Shown here piece by piece: positions 17,939 through 26,500 of a stretch of DNA of 64,000 nt; the stretch's first letter is position 1; every line of letters begins with the position of its first letter. This DNA comes from Calditrichia bacterium. GTDB lineage: Bacteria; Calditrichota; Calditrichia; RBG-13-44-9; J075. A program made the position numbers and the translations under genes. The notes beneath the pieces are model-generated. The model was not told the origin of the DNA and did no database searches. It saw nothing but the letters and a program-made list of their open reading frames with translations. Location of the stretch: the NCBI GenBank assembly GCA_020635015.1, contig JACKAP010000011.1:39025-103024 (forward strand), written 5' to 3'.

Positions 17939-19069
17939 TTATTGGCGGTGGTTCAGCAGGTTGTGCCGGCGAAGAATTTCCTTCACTTTCTCATGGGGTA
18001 ATGCTTTGATATCTCCGCGGTGGCCGCGCATATCTTCCGCCGCAAACAAGGAATGGTAGATCGCTTCCTCAGTCGCTTCCGCGGCTGCTAAAAAGAGGGG
18101 AGATAGATGATCGTCGCGGAGAATCTTTCTGGAAACTGTGCTGGCATCCGATTGATAGGGGTATCGAAGGTCCGGCGTGGTGGAAAAAGCAATCACATAA
18201 TCACCGCTGCCATGGGTGGAGACGCCTCCGGCTTTCACCAGGCCGTAGAGCGCCCGCCGGGCCAGGCGCTTGAGTTGGCGGGCATCCAGCGGGGCATCGG
18301 TCGCCACGATGATCATGCAGGAGCCGTCATGGATTGCTTCAAGGGTTTCGCGCAGGTAGTATTGCTGCAGTTCCTGTCCGACCGGCGCGCCGTTGATCTG
18401 CAGGATCCCGCCAAAATTGGTCTGCACCAGCACTCCCACGGTATACCCTCCCAACTTGTCGGGCAGTTGTCGTGAGGCAGTGCCGATCCCGCCCTTGAAA
18501 CCGAAACAGATCGTACCGGTGCCGGCGCCGACATTGCCCTCCGAAACCGGCCCTCCGGCCGCAGCTTGCAGTGCCTGCAGCACATGTGTTTCCTTCACGT
18601 AGCCGGCGCGGATGTTGTTGAGATAGCCGTCGTTGGTCTCTCCCACCAGCGGATTGACCGAACGAACCGCCTCGTTTCCGGGTAGATTCAGGGTATAATC
18701 GATCAGCGCTTTGGCGGCGACCGGCACGCTGAGTGTATTGGTGAGAACGATCGGCGTCTCCAGATTTCCCAATTCTTCTATCTGGGTCGATCCGGCCAAC
18801 TTGCCGAAACCATTGGCGACATAGATTGCAGCGGGCACTTTTTCCTGGAAAATGTTACCCGGGTGAGGCACAATCGCGGTGACGCCGGTGCGGCAATCAT
18901 TTCCTTCGATCAGGGTGACCTGCCCCACGGTCACCCCGGCCACATCGGTGATGCTGTTGAGCGGCCCCGGCGGCAGCACTCCGGTCTTCAGTTGCCGCCA
19001 CCAGGGTGCTCCCCCCTGGGCATTCACAACAATCGACATAATTAATACCAACCAAATACATTTAGCCAC
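17939..19069 (-). CDS. P1-family peptidase (DmpA / L-aminopeptidase D-esterase-like, S58)
   Basis: Part of ORF 17939..19246. It shows GPLNSITDVAGVTVGQVTL, GETNDGYLNNIRAGYV and GAGTGTICFGFKGGIGTASR. The long ORF overlaps nhaC and reads through a repeat element. I propose GTG 19069, which gives the signal-like AKCIWLVLIMSIVVNAQG. ATG 19039 is an alternative. Confidence 0.75.
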   Translation of the reverse strand: MAKCIWLVLIMSIVVNAQGGAPWWRQLKTGVLPPGPLNSITDVAGVTVGQVTLIEGNDCRTGVTAIVPHPGNIFQEKVPAAIYVANGFGKLAGSTQIEELGNLETPIVLTNTLSVPVAAKALIDYTLNLPGNEAVRSVNPLVGETNDGYLNNIRAGYVKETHVLQALQAAAGGPVSEGNVGAGTGTICFGFKGGIGTASRQLPDKLGGYTVGVLVQTNFGGILQINGAPVGQELQQYYLRETLEAIHDGSCMIIVATDAPLDARQLKRLARRALYGLVKAGGVSTHGSGDYVIAFSTTPDLRYPYQSDASTVSRKILRDDHLSPLFLAAAEATEEAIYHSLFAAEDMRGHRGDIKALPHEKVKEILRRHNLLNHRQ

Positions 19070-19159
19070 GGATTCACACGGATTTACACTGATTCTGTTG
19101 TTTCCTGGGAACAAGATCATGCTTTCATCCGTGTTTCTCTGGTTAAATCCGTGGCTAAA
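19061..19159. repeat. TIR hairpin element of the CCACGGATT 9-mer type
   Basis: The left arm is tttagccacggattcacacggatttacactgatt. The right arm is catccgtgtttctctggttaaatccgtggctaaa. The right terminus plus flank, aaatccgtggctaaaattcaa, is almost identical to that of the copy at 23426-23519. Confidence 0.8.
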
Positions 19160-19192
19160 ATTCAATATGTCATTGCATTGATAACTTAAAAC

Positions 19193-19226
19193 ACTCTGTG
19201 CTCTCTGTGGCTCTGTGGCAAAAATC
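19193..19226. repeat. Solo arm of the GCCACAGAG 9-mer type
   Basis: cactctgtgctctctgtggctctgtggcaaaaa directly abuts the nhaC stop codon. It has the same motif and the same ttttgccacagag terminus as the arms at 53141-53251. Confidence 0.75.
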
Positions 19227-19229
19227 TGG

Positions 19230-20747
19230 TCACATAAAATGCACATACGAGATCACCACATACAATCCCGCTGAGATCCCCGCCGCCAGCAGGGCCATCG
19301 GCAGCTGGGTCAGCACATGATCCATCAGGTCCGCTCCACAGGCCATGGCGGAAAGGATGGTGGTGTCCGAGATCGGCGAGCACTGGTCGCCAAATACTGA
19401 GCCGCCTAAAATTGCACCGAAGTTCAGGGTGAAATAGAATGAATCCGGACTGAGGGCATAGGCCAGGGGCAGGGCAATGGGGTACATCACCGCGTAGGTG
19501 CCCCAGGAGGAACCGATGGAAAAGGCGATGAACATGCAGATGAACATCAGCGCGCCAGGGAGGATGTAGGGCACTTGCTGCAGAAAGCCGGAGGTGGATT
19601 CGATAATATAATGGGAAGTGCCCAGGGATTCGGAGACATTGCCCAAAGTGACCGCCAGCCCGAGAATGATTGCCCCGACGGTGACCCCCTTGATGCCGTC
19701 GATCACCCCGTCGAAAATATTGTCAAGTGACATGCCGCGGATGCGCGAGGTAATCATTGCTGCCAGCACCGAAAGGCCAAAGGCTTCGAAGATCATCGGC
19801 GAGCCTGCCAGCAGCCAGGGCACGATTGAGAAGCCCAGCAGCACCCCGATCGGCACCAGAAAGTCGATCATGCCCGGCCGGTAGCCTTCCGGCACCCGGG
19901 TCTGGTTCAGTTCTTTGGCCAGCATGGGCTGGGCCTCGTCGCGGTCGAGTTTGCCGGTTTGTTTGACCCGCTCGATGGCCGAACGCATGCGCTTGCCCAC
20001 AAAAAACATCTTGTCGAGAGAGAATAGCAGGGTAAAGAACACCGCGATCCAGCCGTAAAAGTTGAAGGGAATCGCCCGGAAAAACCAGTTGACCGCGGTG
20101 TCGGCATCGACGATGATCCCGCTGAGCGATTCGATGGCGATCAACCCGCCGATATAAGCCGGCCAGGCGTTGAAGGGAATGATCGTCGCCACCGGGGACG
20201 CGGTGGAGTCGACAATATAGGAGAGCTCCTCATGGGAGACATTCTCGCGGTCGGCCACCGGTTTGACGGTGGTGCCGGTGAGCACGGTGCTGATGGTGCC
20301 GCCCTGGTGGAAGATTACTCCCATGATCCAGGTAAACAGTTTTGCCGAACGTCGCGAACTAACGAAGCGCCCGGCCATATAATTGGCAAAATGCAGCGCT
20401 CCGCCGTTTTTGTTCCACATCCCGATCAGGCCGCCGAGGGCCCAGAGGTAGACCAGCAGGATCTGGGCATACTTGCTGCTGCCCAGGCTGGGGATCAGGT
20501 AGGCATTGATGATGTTGTACTGGGCGGTGATCAGCCCGCCCATCAGTACCCCGACGAACAATGCCAGGATGACGTTGCGGGTGTAGAAGCAGATGAACAG
20601 GGTTACCAGCGCCGGAAGCAGGGAGAAAAAATCGTAGTGTTTGGGCGCTTCCCCTGCCGTATCAATCTGCGAAATACCGTGCCAGAGCGCTGCCCCGATC
20701 ATTAATACGATCGGCAGCCACAGCCAGCCGCTTACCTTTTTGCGCAT
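19230..20747 (-). CDS. nhaC: Na+/H+ antiporter NhaC-family transporter
   Basis: ORF of 505 aa, polytopic. The C-terminal region ...FSIGSSWGTYAVMYPIALPLA...FGDQCSPISDTTILSAMACG is typical of the NhaC family. Confidence 0.8.
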   Translation of the reverse strand: MRKKVSGWLWLPIVLMIGAALWHGISQIDTAGEAPKHYDFFSLLPALVTLFICFYTRNVILALFVGVLMGGLITAQYNIINAYLIPSLGSSKYAQILLVYLWALGGLIGMWNKNGGALHFANYMAGRFVSSRRSAKLFTWIMGVIFHQGGTISTVLTGTTVKPVADRENVSHEELSYIVDSTASPVATIIPFNAWPAYIGGLIAIESLSGIIVDADTAVNWFFRAIPFNFYGWIAVFFTLLFSLDKMFFVGKRMRSAIERVKQTGKLDRDEAQPMLAKELNQTRVPEGYRPGMIDFLVPIGVLLGFSIVPWLLAGSPMIFEAFGLSVLAAMITSRIRGMSLDNIFDGVIDGIKGVTVGAIILGLAVTLGNVSESLGTSHYIIESTSGFLQQVPYILPGALMFICMFIAFSIGSSWGTYAVMYPIALPLAYALSPDSFYFTLNFGAILGGSVFGDQCSPISDTTILSAMACGADLMDHVLTQLPMALLAAGISAGLYVVISYVHFM

Positions 20748-20823
20748 ATCCCGATCCCCGCCGGTTAAGTGTCACTGTCTGATCCTCTCCGCAGACATTA
20801 TAACACCCGGAAGGGAGATGTGC

Positions 20824-20990
20824 AAGTTTGTTCGCTGTCGCTCACGATGTTTGCTCGCAGTTGCTCGCGATATTCGTTCGCTGTCGCTCACGATGTTTGC
20901 TCGCAGTTGCTCGCGATATTTGTTCGCTGTCGCTCACGATGTTTGCTCGCAGTTGCTCGCGATATTTGTTCGCTGTCGCTCACGATGTTG
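20824..20990. repeat. About 3.5 copies of a 46-bp (2 x 23) higher-order repeat of the GATGTTTGCTCGC family
   Basis: The unit (gatatttgttcgctgtcgctcac gatgtttgctcgcagttgctcgc) is repeated. It gives rise to the spurious overlapping ORFs 20641-21340 in the track. Confidence 0.9.
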
Positions 20991-21018
20991 ATTTTAGATC
21001 CAATATCAATTACCTTTT

Positions 21019-21067
21019 CCCTTCGCCCTTCGCCCTTCGCCCTTCGCCCTTCGCCCTTCGCCCTTCG
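21019..21067. repeat. Perfect heptamer array (CCCTTCG) x7
   Basis: Counted by hand from 21019 to 21067. Confidence 0.95.
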
Positions 21068-21073
21068 CGCCTT

Positions 21074-21286
21074 TCATTCCGCACTCCGCATTCCGCACTC
21101 CGCATTCGCCTCATCCCTCACCCAGATCCGGCAGAATTTTACCCCGCTGCGGGAATTGATTTGAACATCCGGCGTGCCCGGTGGGATGTCCGAGCCGCAG
21201 ACCATGATCCGTTTGTAACCGTTGCAGCATTTATCGGCGTCGTTGGGCGATTTCCATACATGACGCTTGGTTCGGCAGAAGAACAT
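21074..21286 (-). CDS. Small cysteine-rich protein (70 aa), function unknown
   Basis: ORF MFFCRTKRHVWKSPNDADKCCNGYKRIMVCGSD... The ATG lies 2 nt after the stop of the upstream 4-TM gene (GTC TGA GC ATG), suggesting translational coupling. The C-terminal ~12 codons are encoded by a heptamer repeat, so the native end is uncertain. Confidence 0.4.
   Translation of the reverse strand: MFFCRTKRHVWKSPNDADKCCNGYKRIMVCGSDIPPGTPDVQINSRSGVKFCRIWVRDEANAECGMRSAE
21075..21109. repeat. Heptamers CATTCCG/CACTCCG x5 (reverse complement of the 4043-4091 array)
   Basis: The sequence is cattccg cactccg cattccg cactccg cattcgc. It overlaps the last codons of the small ORF 21074..21286. Confidence 0.9.
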
Positions 21287-21288
21287 GC

Positions 21289-21888
21289 TCAGACCTCCTC
21301 AACCTTATCGGCCGCTTTTACCTTCATCGTGGCCGGTTGAGGTGCGGGGCGAGACGGGGCGGATTTACGGGGCGCCGGCTGCTTCCGCGCCGGGCGGGCG
21401 GCCGGTTTGCGCGTGCCACTGCCACTGCTCTTCTCGCCTTGCTGCCGCAGCGCAATCAAATTCCGCGTGCCAATGGTATCGCACATAACGTATGCCAGGA
21501 TCGGAAAGATCACCGTTCCCGCCAGCCATTGCACCCAGGTAAGGGGATCCAGCGCGCTGAGGGTGTCAAAGGTGAGCTGAATGCCGTAAGCCGACTTGAA
21601 TCCCTCCGACATGTTGGCGATCCCGGAGGCGAAGAGCACGATGCTGGTCACCACCCGCACCATCCAGGCCAGCTCCCCGTCGCGGAGCAGCTCGTCCTTA
21701 AAGATCGACATCGCCACCACCCCGGCATCGATTGCCAGCGCGGCGATACCCCCCAGGATGATGCTCTGGTAAAAAAACTGGCTCATGAACGTGGTGGTAT
21801 GCAGATAAGTCGATGCCAGAATGCCGATCAGGCACAGCGCCCCCGCGCGGTATTTGATCAATTCCCTGAATCTGATAGTCTTGCCCAT
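21289..21888 (-). CDS. Membrane protein with 4 predicted TM helices and a basic Pro/Ala/Arg-rich C-terminal tail; function unknown
   Basis: ORF of 199 aa. The hydrophobic segments are GALCLIGILASTYL, IILGGIAALAIDAGVVAMSI, VRVVTSIVLFASGIANM and WLAGTVIFPILAYVM. The tail reads GTRKPAARPARKQPAPRKSAPSRPAPQP. Confidence 0.6.
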   Translation of the reverse strand: MGKTIRFRELIKYRAGALCLIGILASTYLHTTTFMSQFFYQSIILGGIAALAIDAGVVAMSIFKDELLRDGELAWMVRVVTSIVLFASGIANMSEGFKSAYGIQLTFDTLSALDPLTWVQWLAGTVIFPILAYVMCDTIGTRNLIALRQQGEKSSGSGTRKPAARPARKQPAPRKSAPSRPAPQPATMKVKAADKVEEV

Positions 21889-22169
21889 ACACTTGCCTCC
21901 TTGTGCAGTTGAATTTACGATAAATAGTGAACAAATTTACACTAAATAATGCAACATGAAAATCGAAATGTCAAGCACTTTTGTGAGATATTTTCGGGAG
22001 ACTAATGGCACGCAGATTAAAACCTATCCGCTATAGAAAATTTGATTTCCCGGCCGATATGACGTATATTGTCACGATTTTTTAAAAACCAACTTTTTCT
22101 CGCCGGGACGGTATTTCTATCAGCAATCCAATTTGGCAGTTCACATAAACTTATGCAGAAGGAGCAGGC

Positions 22170-23399
22170 ATGATCTCATTAGGCAAATTCGATCCGGGGA
22201 TTCCCCAGGAGGCGATCCGTAAGTATTTGGAGATAGTCAAGCAGTTGACCGGCTTTACCGGCAGTGATGATGCCGGCAAACTGCGCGGCGATCAGAATAA
22301 TGAAGTGGTCGCTTTCGAGCCGGTCACTCCGGATCAGAGCAAGGGCGAGCTGAGTGTGGCCGAGGTGCAGGGCGTGCTGAAGAATGCCGGCTTCTTCCCC
22401 TTTGGGCAGATCGACGGGATCTGCGGCTACCGCACCACCGCGGCGATCCGTTTTTTCCAGGAGTATGTGCGTACGGTGGAGAAAGATGAAAGCATCGGAA
22501 GCCCGGACGGGATGCTGGGACCGAAAGCCTTTGGCCACATCCGCCGCTGGCGCGACGGCGGCAAGAAAGCCGACTGGGTCGGCGCCGCCAGCGAGCGCCA
22601 TCAGCAGGGGATCGCGCTGCTCAACGCCGTCAAGCAGCGCTGCCTGCAGAGCCCCAACCGCATGCTCCAGATGGTCAATGCCTATAGCGGTAAAGCCGAT
22701 ACCCTGAAAGTGGCGGAGTGGGATTTCAACCCCGACCACATCCACCTGATCGGCATCCGCAAGAATACCCCGGACAGCGAGGGGAAATTCAACGACGTGT
22801 TCTTTCTGCTGATCCGCGGGCTGGTCTATGCCTTCAACGGCTCCACCGATCCCGGCGCCACCTCCGATCCCCGCGGTTTTCCTTTCCTGACCAACGGGCA
22901 ACATCTTTACCGTTTCGGCTGGCACGGATTTAAACATAAGGACCGGATCTATCAGGCGCTGAAACCCCGGGCGCATGGGGTGCTGGTGGTGCGCTCGAAA
23001 AACCGCATCTTAGACGACAGCGACCTGGCCAGCGGCCTGGAGGCCAACGGCAGCATTAACGTGCACTGGGGCGGGGAAGGCTTCAGCGCCGATATCGGCA
23101 CCTGGTCGGAAGGCTGCCAGGTGATTACCGGCAAGGCCTATATCAATCACAAAAACGAGCTGGTCGACCTCGCGAAATACGCCGCAGTTAACTCCGGCGG
23201 GCTGGGAAAATATGTCAATGGAAACTACCAGACCAAAGGAGCCTATACGGTGCTTTCCGATGTGGTGGCAGCCCTCTCCGGCAGTGAAAACATCGTACGA
23301 TATATGCTGCTGACCGAGGAAGACCTGGCGATGAGTCCCGAGGTGGTGGGCATGGTGGAGGGAGCACGCAAGATGTTTGCCGGCATCCGCTGGGCTTAG
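22170..23399 (+). CDS. Peptidoglycan-binding (PG_binding_1-like) domain protein with a C-terminal His...Cys motif resembling YkuD-fold L,D-transpeptidases; no visible signal peptide
   Basis: ORF of 409 aa. LSVAEVQGVLKNAGFFPFGQIDGICGYRTTAAIRFFQEYV fits the PG_binding_1 pattern. INVHWGGEGFSADIGTWSEGCQVITG has a His-to-Cys spacing of 17 residues, like HG...SxGC(I/V)R. GGAG lies upstream of the ATG. Confidence 0.7.
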   Translation: MISLGKFDPGIPQEAIRKYLEIVKQLTGFTGSDDAGKLRGDQNNEVVAFEPVTPDQSKGELSVAEVQGVLKNAGFFPFGQIDGICGYRTTAAIRFFQEYVRTVEKDESIGSPDGMLGPKAFGHIRRWRDGGKKADWVGAASERHQQGIALLNAVKQRCLQSPNRMLQMVNAYSGKADTLKVAEWDFNPDHIHLIGIRKNTPDSEGKFNDVFFLLIRGLVYAFNGSTDPGATSDPRGFPFLTNGQHLYRFGWHGFKHKDRIYQALKPRAHGVLVVRSKNRILDDSDLASGLEANGSINVHWGGEGFSADIGTWSEGCQVITGKAYINHKNELVDLAKYAAVNSGGLGKYVNGNYQTKGAYTVLSDVVAALSGSENIVRYMLLTEEDLAMSPEVVGMVEGARKMFAGIRWA

Positions 23400-23425
23400 G
23401 ATGATTTTGGAGAGAATTTACTGAT

Positions 23426-23519
23426 TTGGCCACGGATTTTCACAGATAAACACGGATTAAAACCTTTTTATTGTTAATAAACGAAAAATCCGTGAGAATC
23501 CGTGTAAATCCGTGGCTAA
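23426..23519. repeat. TIR hairpin element of the CCACGGATT 9-mer type
   Basis: The left arm is ttggccacggattttcacagataaacacggatt. The reverse complement of the right arm is ttagccacggatttacacggattctcacggatt. It occupies most of the gap between the PG-binding gene and the caspase gene. Confidence 0.85.
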
Positions 23520-23539
23520 AAATTCAATTGGAGAACCGG

Positions 23540-26500
23540 ATGCCGGAACGAAAACCTACTCCCCAATTCCCCTTCGAGCGCAGCTTTGCCTTTATTGTGG
23601 GGATCGATGATTACGACCAGCAAGGCGACGCCCCGCCGCTGCAAACCGCGGTGAGCGACGCCCGCGCCCTGGCCCGGGTGCTGAAGCAGAAGCCCCATGA
23701 ATTTTCGGTGACCCTGCTGGAAAATCCCAACGGCGCGCAGCTGCGCGAGTTGCTGGATGTGACGATCCCGGAATTGAACATCGGGGCAAGCGACCGGGTG
23801 CTGTTCTACTTCGCCGGTCACGGCATCGCTGATGACGCCGAGGGCCGCCCGGAGGGCTACCTGCTGCCCGCCGACGCCCGGCTGGATGCGGTGGATTCGT
23901 TCCTGCCGATGAAGCGCCTCTACGAAGCGCTGCGCCCCCTGGAATGCCCCCACCTGCTGCTGGTGCTCGATTGCTGCTTTGCCGGGGCCTTCCGCTGGGC
24001 CACCAAAGAACGCGCCGCCCGCCCGCGGGTGCCCCAGCGCATCACCGAATACCGCCTGCGCCGCTTCTGCGAGGACCACGCCTGGCAGGTGATCACCTCC
24101 ACTTCCTACTATCAGAAAGCGCAGGATGTCTCCAGCCTGAAGACCCGCGCCCTGGGCAAGCGCGAGCAACTGCTGCAGGCCAAAACCGACGGCGCCGCCG
24201 AACACTCGCCCTTCGCCAAAGCCCTGCTGGAAGGCCTGGCCGGGCTGGCTGACGCCCGGGTGGGGGAACGGGGCGACGGGGTGATCACCGGCAGCGAGCT
24301 CTACAGCTTTATCCGCGACCGGATCTCGGAAGACGCCGCGCCAGGAAGCGGGGGCGAGGCCCAGAAACCGAATCATATCTTCCTGGAAAAGGATAAGGGC
24401 GGGGAATTCATCTTCCTGCATCCCAAACATCCCCTTAATCCATTGCCCGATGTGGAGCGAAATCCCTACAAAGGCCTGGCCTCCTACGATGAGAGCGACC
24501 AGGAGCTGTTCTTCGGCCGCTCGGCAGCGATTGAAAAACTGCAGCAACTGGCGGCGCAGCAACAGTTCTTGGTGATCAGCGGGGTCTCCGGCAGCGGCAA
24601 GTCTTCCCTGATCAAGGCCGGGCTGCTGCCGGAACTGCGCGAGGCCGGCTGGCGCATCCTGCCGGTGCTGCGCCCGGGGGCCCATCCGCTGCGCTCCCTG
24701 GGAAAAAGGTTTCGGGAGTGGCAGGTTTTCTCTCTGAGTGAAGCTTCCCTGGCAGCGCTGGATAAGGAGGAACTTCCGGAAGATGCGCTGGCAAATTTAC
24801 AGGCAATCGTGGGACAGGAAGCGGTAGGCGAACACGCCTTCGCCCTGCTGCTGAAGCAGGCGCTGGCGGATGTGCGCGGGATGCCGCTCTGCCTCAGCAC
24901 CGCAGCGCATCGGGCGCTCCAAAGCGCCGGAATTTCCCCCAATCTGCTGGAAAAGCTGACCGGTTTGATCGATCGCCGCTTTGCCCAGGAAGCGGATTTC
25001 TGGTCGGCGGTAAGTGAAGCGACCGGAAAGCAGCCGGAGCGGGAGGACCAGTTGATCATCCTGGCCTACGCCGCCGCCGGGCTGGTCTGGCAGCATGCCG
25101 AAGCAGCGCCGCTTTTCCCGGCCCTCTCATCACTAAATCCGCAAAACCTGTCGCCGCTGTTGAATGAGCTGAAGCAGCAGAAAACCGTTTTGCTGATCGA
25201 TCAATATGAAGAGTTGATTACCCGCTGCCAGGATAAGCAGGAGCGCCAGCAGTACGAGGAACTTCTGCAAGCCCTGCTTGAAGGCACCGCCAGCGATGAC
25301 TTCAAGCTAATCCTCACCGTGCGGGCCGATTTCGAGCCGCTGCTGGACAAAGGGCCGCTGGAGGATGCCTGGGAGGCGGGGCGCTTCCTGGTGACGGCGC
25401 TTTCTCCCGATGAATTGAAGGAAGTGATCGAGATGCCCGCCTACCAGGAGGTGCTGGATTTCGAGCCGGGTCTGGTGGAGGAGATCGTCAACGAGGTCAG
25501 CCAATCGCCCGGTGCCCTGCCGCTGCTCTCCTACACCCTGAGCCAGCTTTACGAAGCCTTCCGCGCTCGCCCGGCCAAAGGAGGCCAGCGCACCCTCAGC
25601 CGGGCGGATTACGAGGCCCTGGGCAAGGTGCGCGGCGCCCTGAGCAGCGGGGCCGACCGCCTCTATCGCCAGCTCGACGCGCCCCATCAGGCCACCTTGA
25701 AGAAGATCATGCTGCGCCTGGTCTCTCTGGAAGGGGGCGAGCCGGCCAGCCGGCGGGCGCTGCTGGAGGAGCTGGAATATCCCGATGACGCCGAAAATCT
25801 CCGGGTGGCGCACATCCTGGAACAGTTCCTGGAGGCGCGCCTGCTGGTGCGGGGCCGCGACAGCAGCGGCGAGGTCTACGTGGAGCCGGCCCACGATGCT
25901 CTGGTGAAAGCCTGGCAGACCTTGAGCGACTGGATCGAGGCCGACGGCCAGGACACCATCCTGCTGCAGCGCCGCCTCAGCCGGGCGGTGCGGGAGTATC
26001 ACCATCCCACCCTGCCGGTGGAAGCGCAGCAGGACGAAAAGCAGTTGCGCGACTATCGCAAGCGCTCTCTCTGGAACGACAATCCCCGCCTGGCCCAACT
26101 GGTGGAGATCCAGCGCAGCAAAGATCCTAATGACAACTGGCTCAACCGCCAGGAGCTGGATTTCGTGACCGAGAGCGACAACCGCAAGAAGTTCCGCAGC
26201 CGGGTGCTGCGTGCCACCGTGATCGCGGTGCTGGCGCTCCTGACCGTCCTGTCGGTGTGGGCGCTGCTGAAGTCGGCGGAAGCGCTGGACAACTCCCGCA
26301 AGAATCTCGCCAGCAGCCTCGCCGCTAATGCCCGCCTGACCCTCTCCGAAGACCGCACCCGCGCCATCCGTCTGGCCCAGGCCGCCTACGCCATCCCGGA
26401 GGCGGAGCCGGGCAGTAGGGCGATTGCCGCCAAGGTGATGAGCGAGGCGATGCTGCCGTTCCAGCAAGCGCAGCAGCCGTTTTATGCCGCCCGTCTGAAA

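Noticed and set aside
20641-21340. Overlapping ORFs 20641..20991, 20769..21164 and 20828..21340 (+), which encode repetitive peptides such as MFARSCSRYLFAVAHDV.
   Set aside because: They are read-throughs of the 46-bp and 7-bp tandem arrays. The periodic peptides change with frame and no start context is present.
21889-22169. The AT-rich 281-bp divergent spacer as evidence of horizontal transfer of the island.
   Set aside because: Promoter-containing divergent spacers are commonly AT-rich. The flanking island genes look as GC-rich as the rest of the window by eye. Composition alone does not support recent transfer, so it is mentioned only as context.
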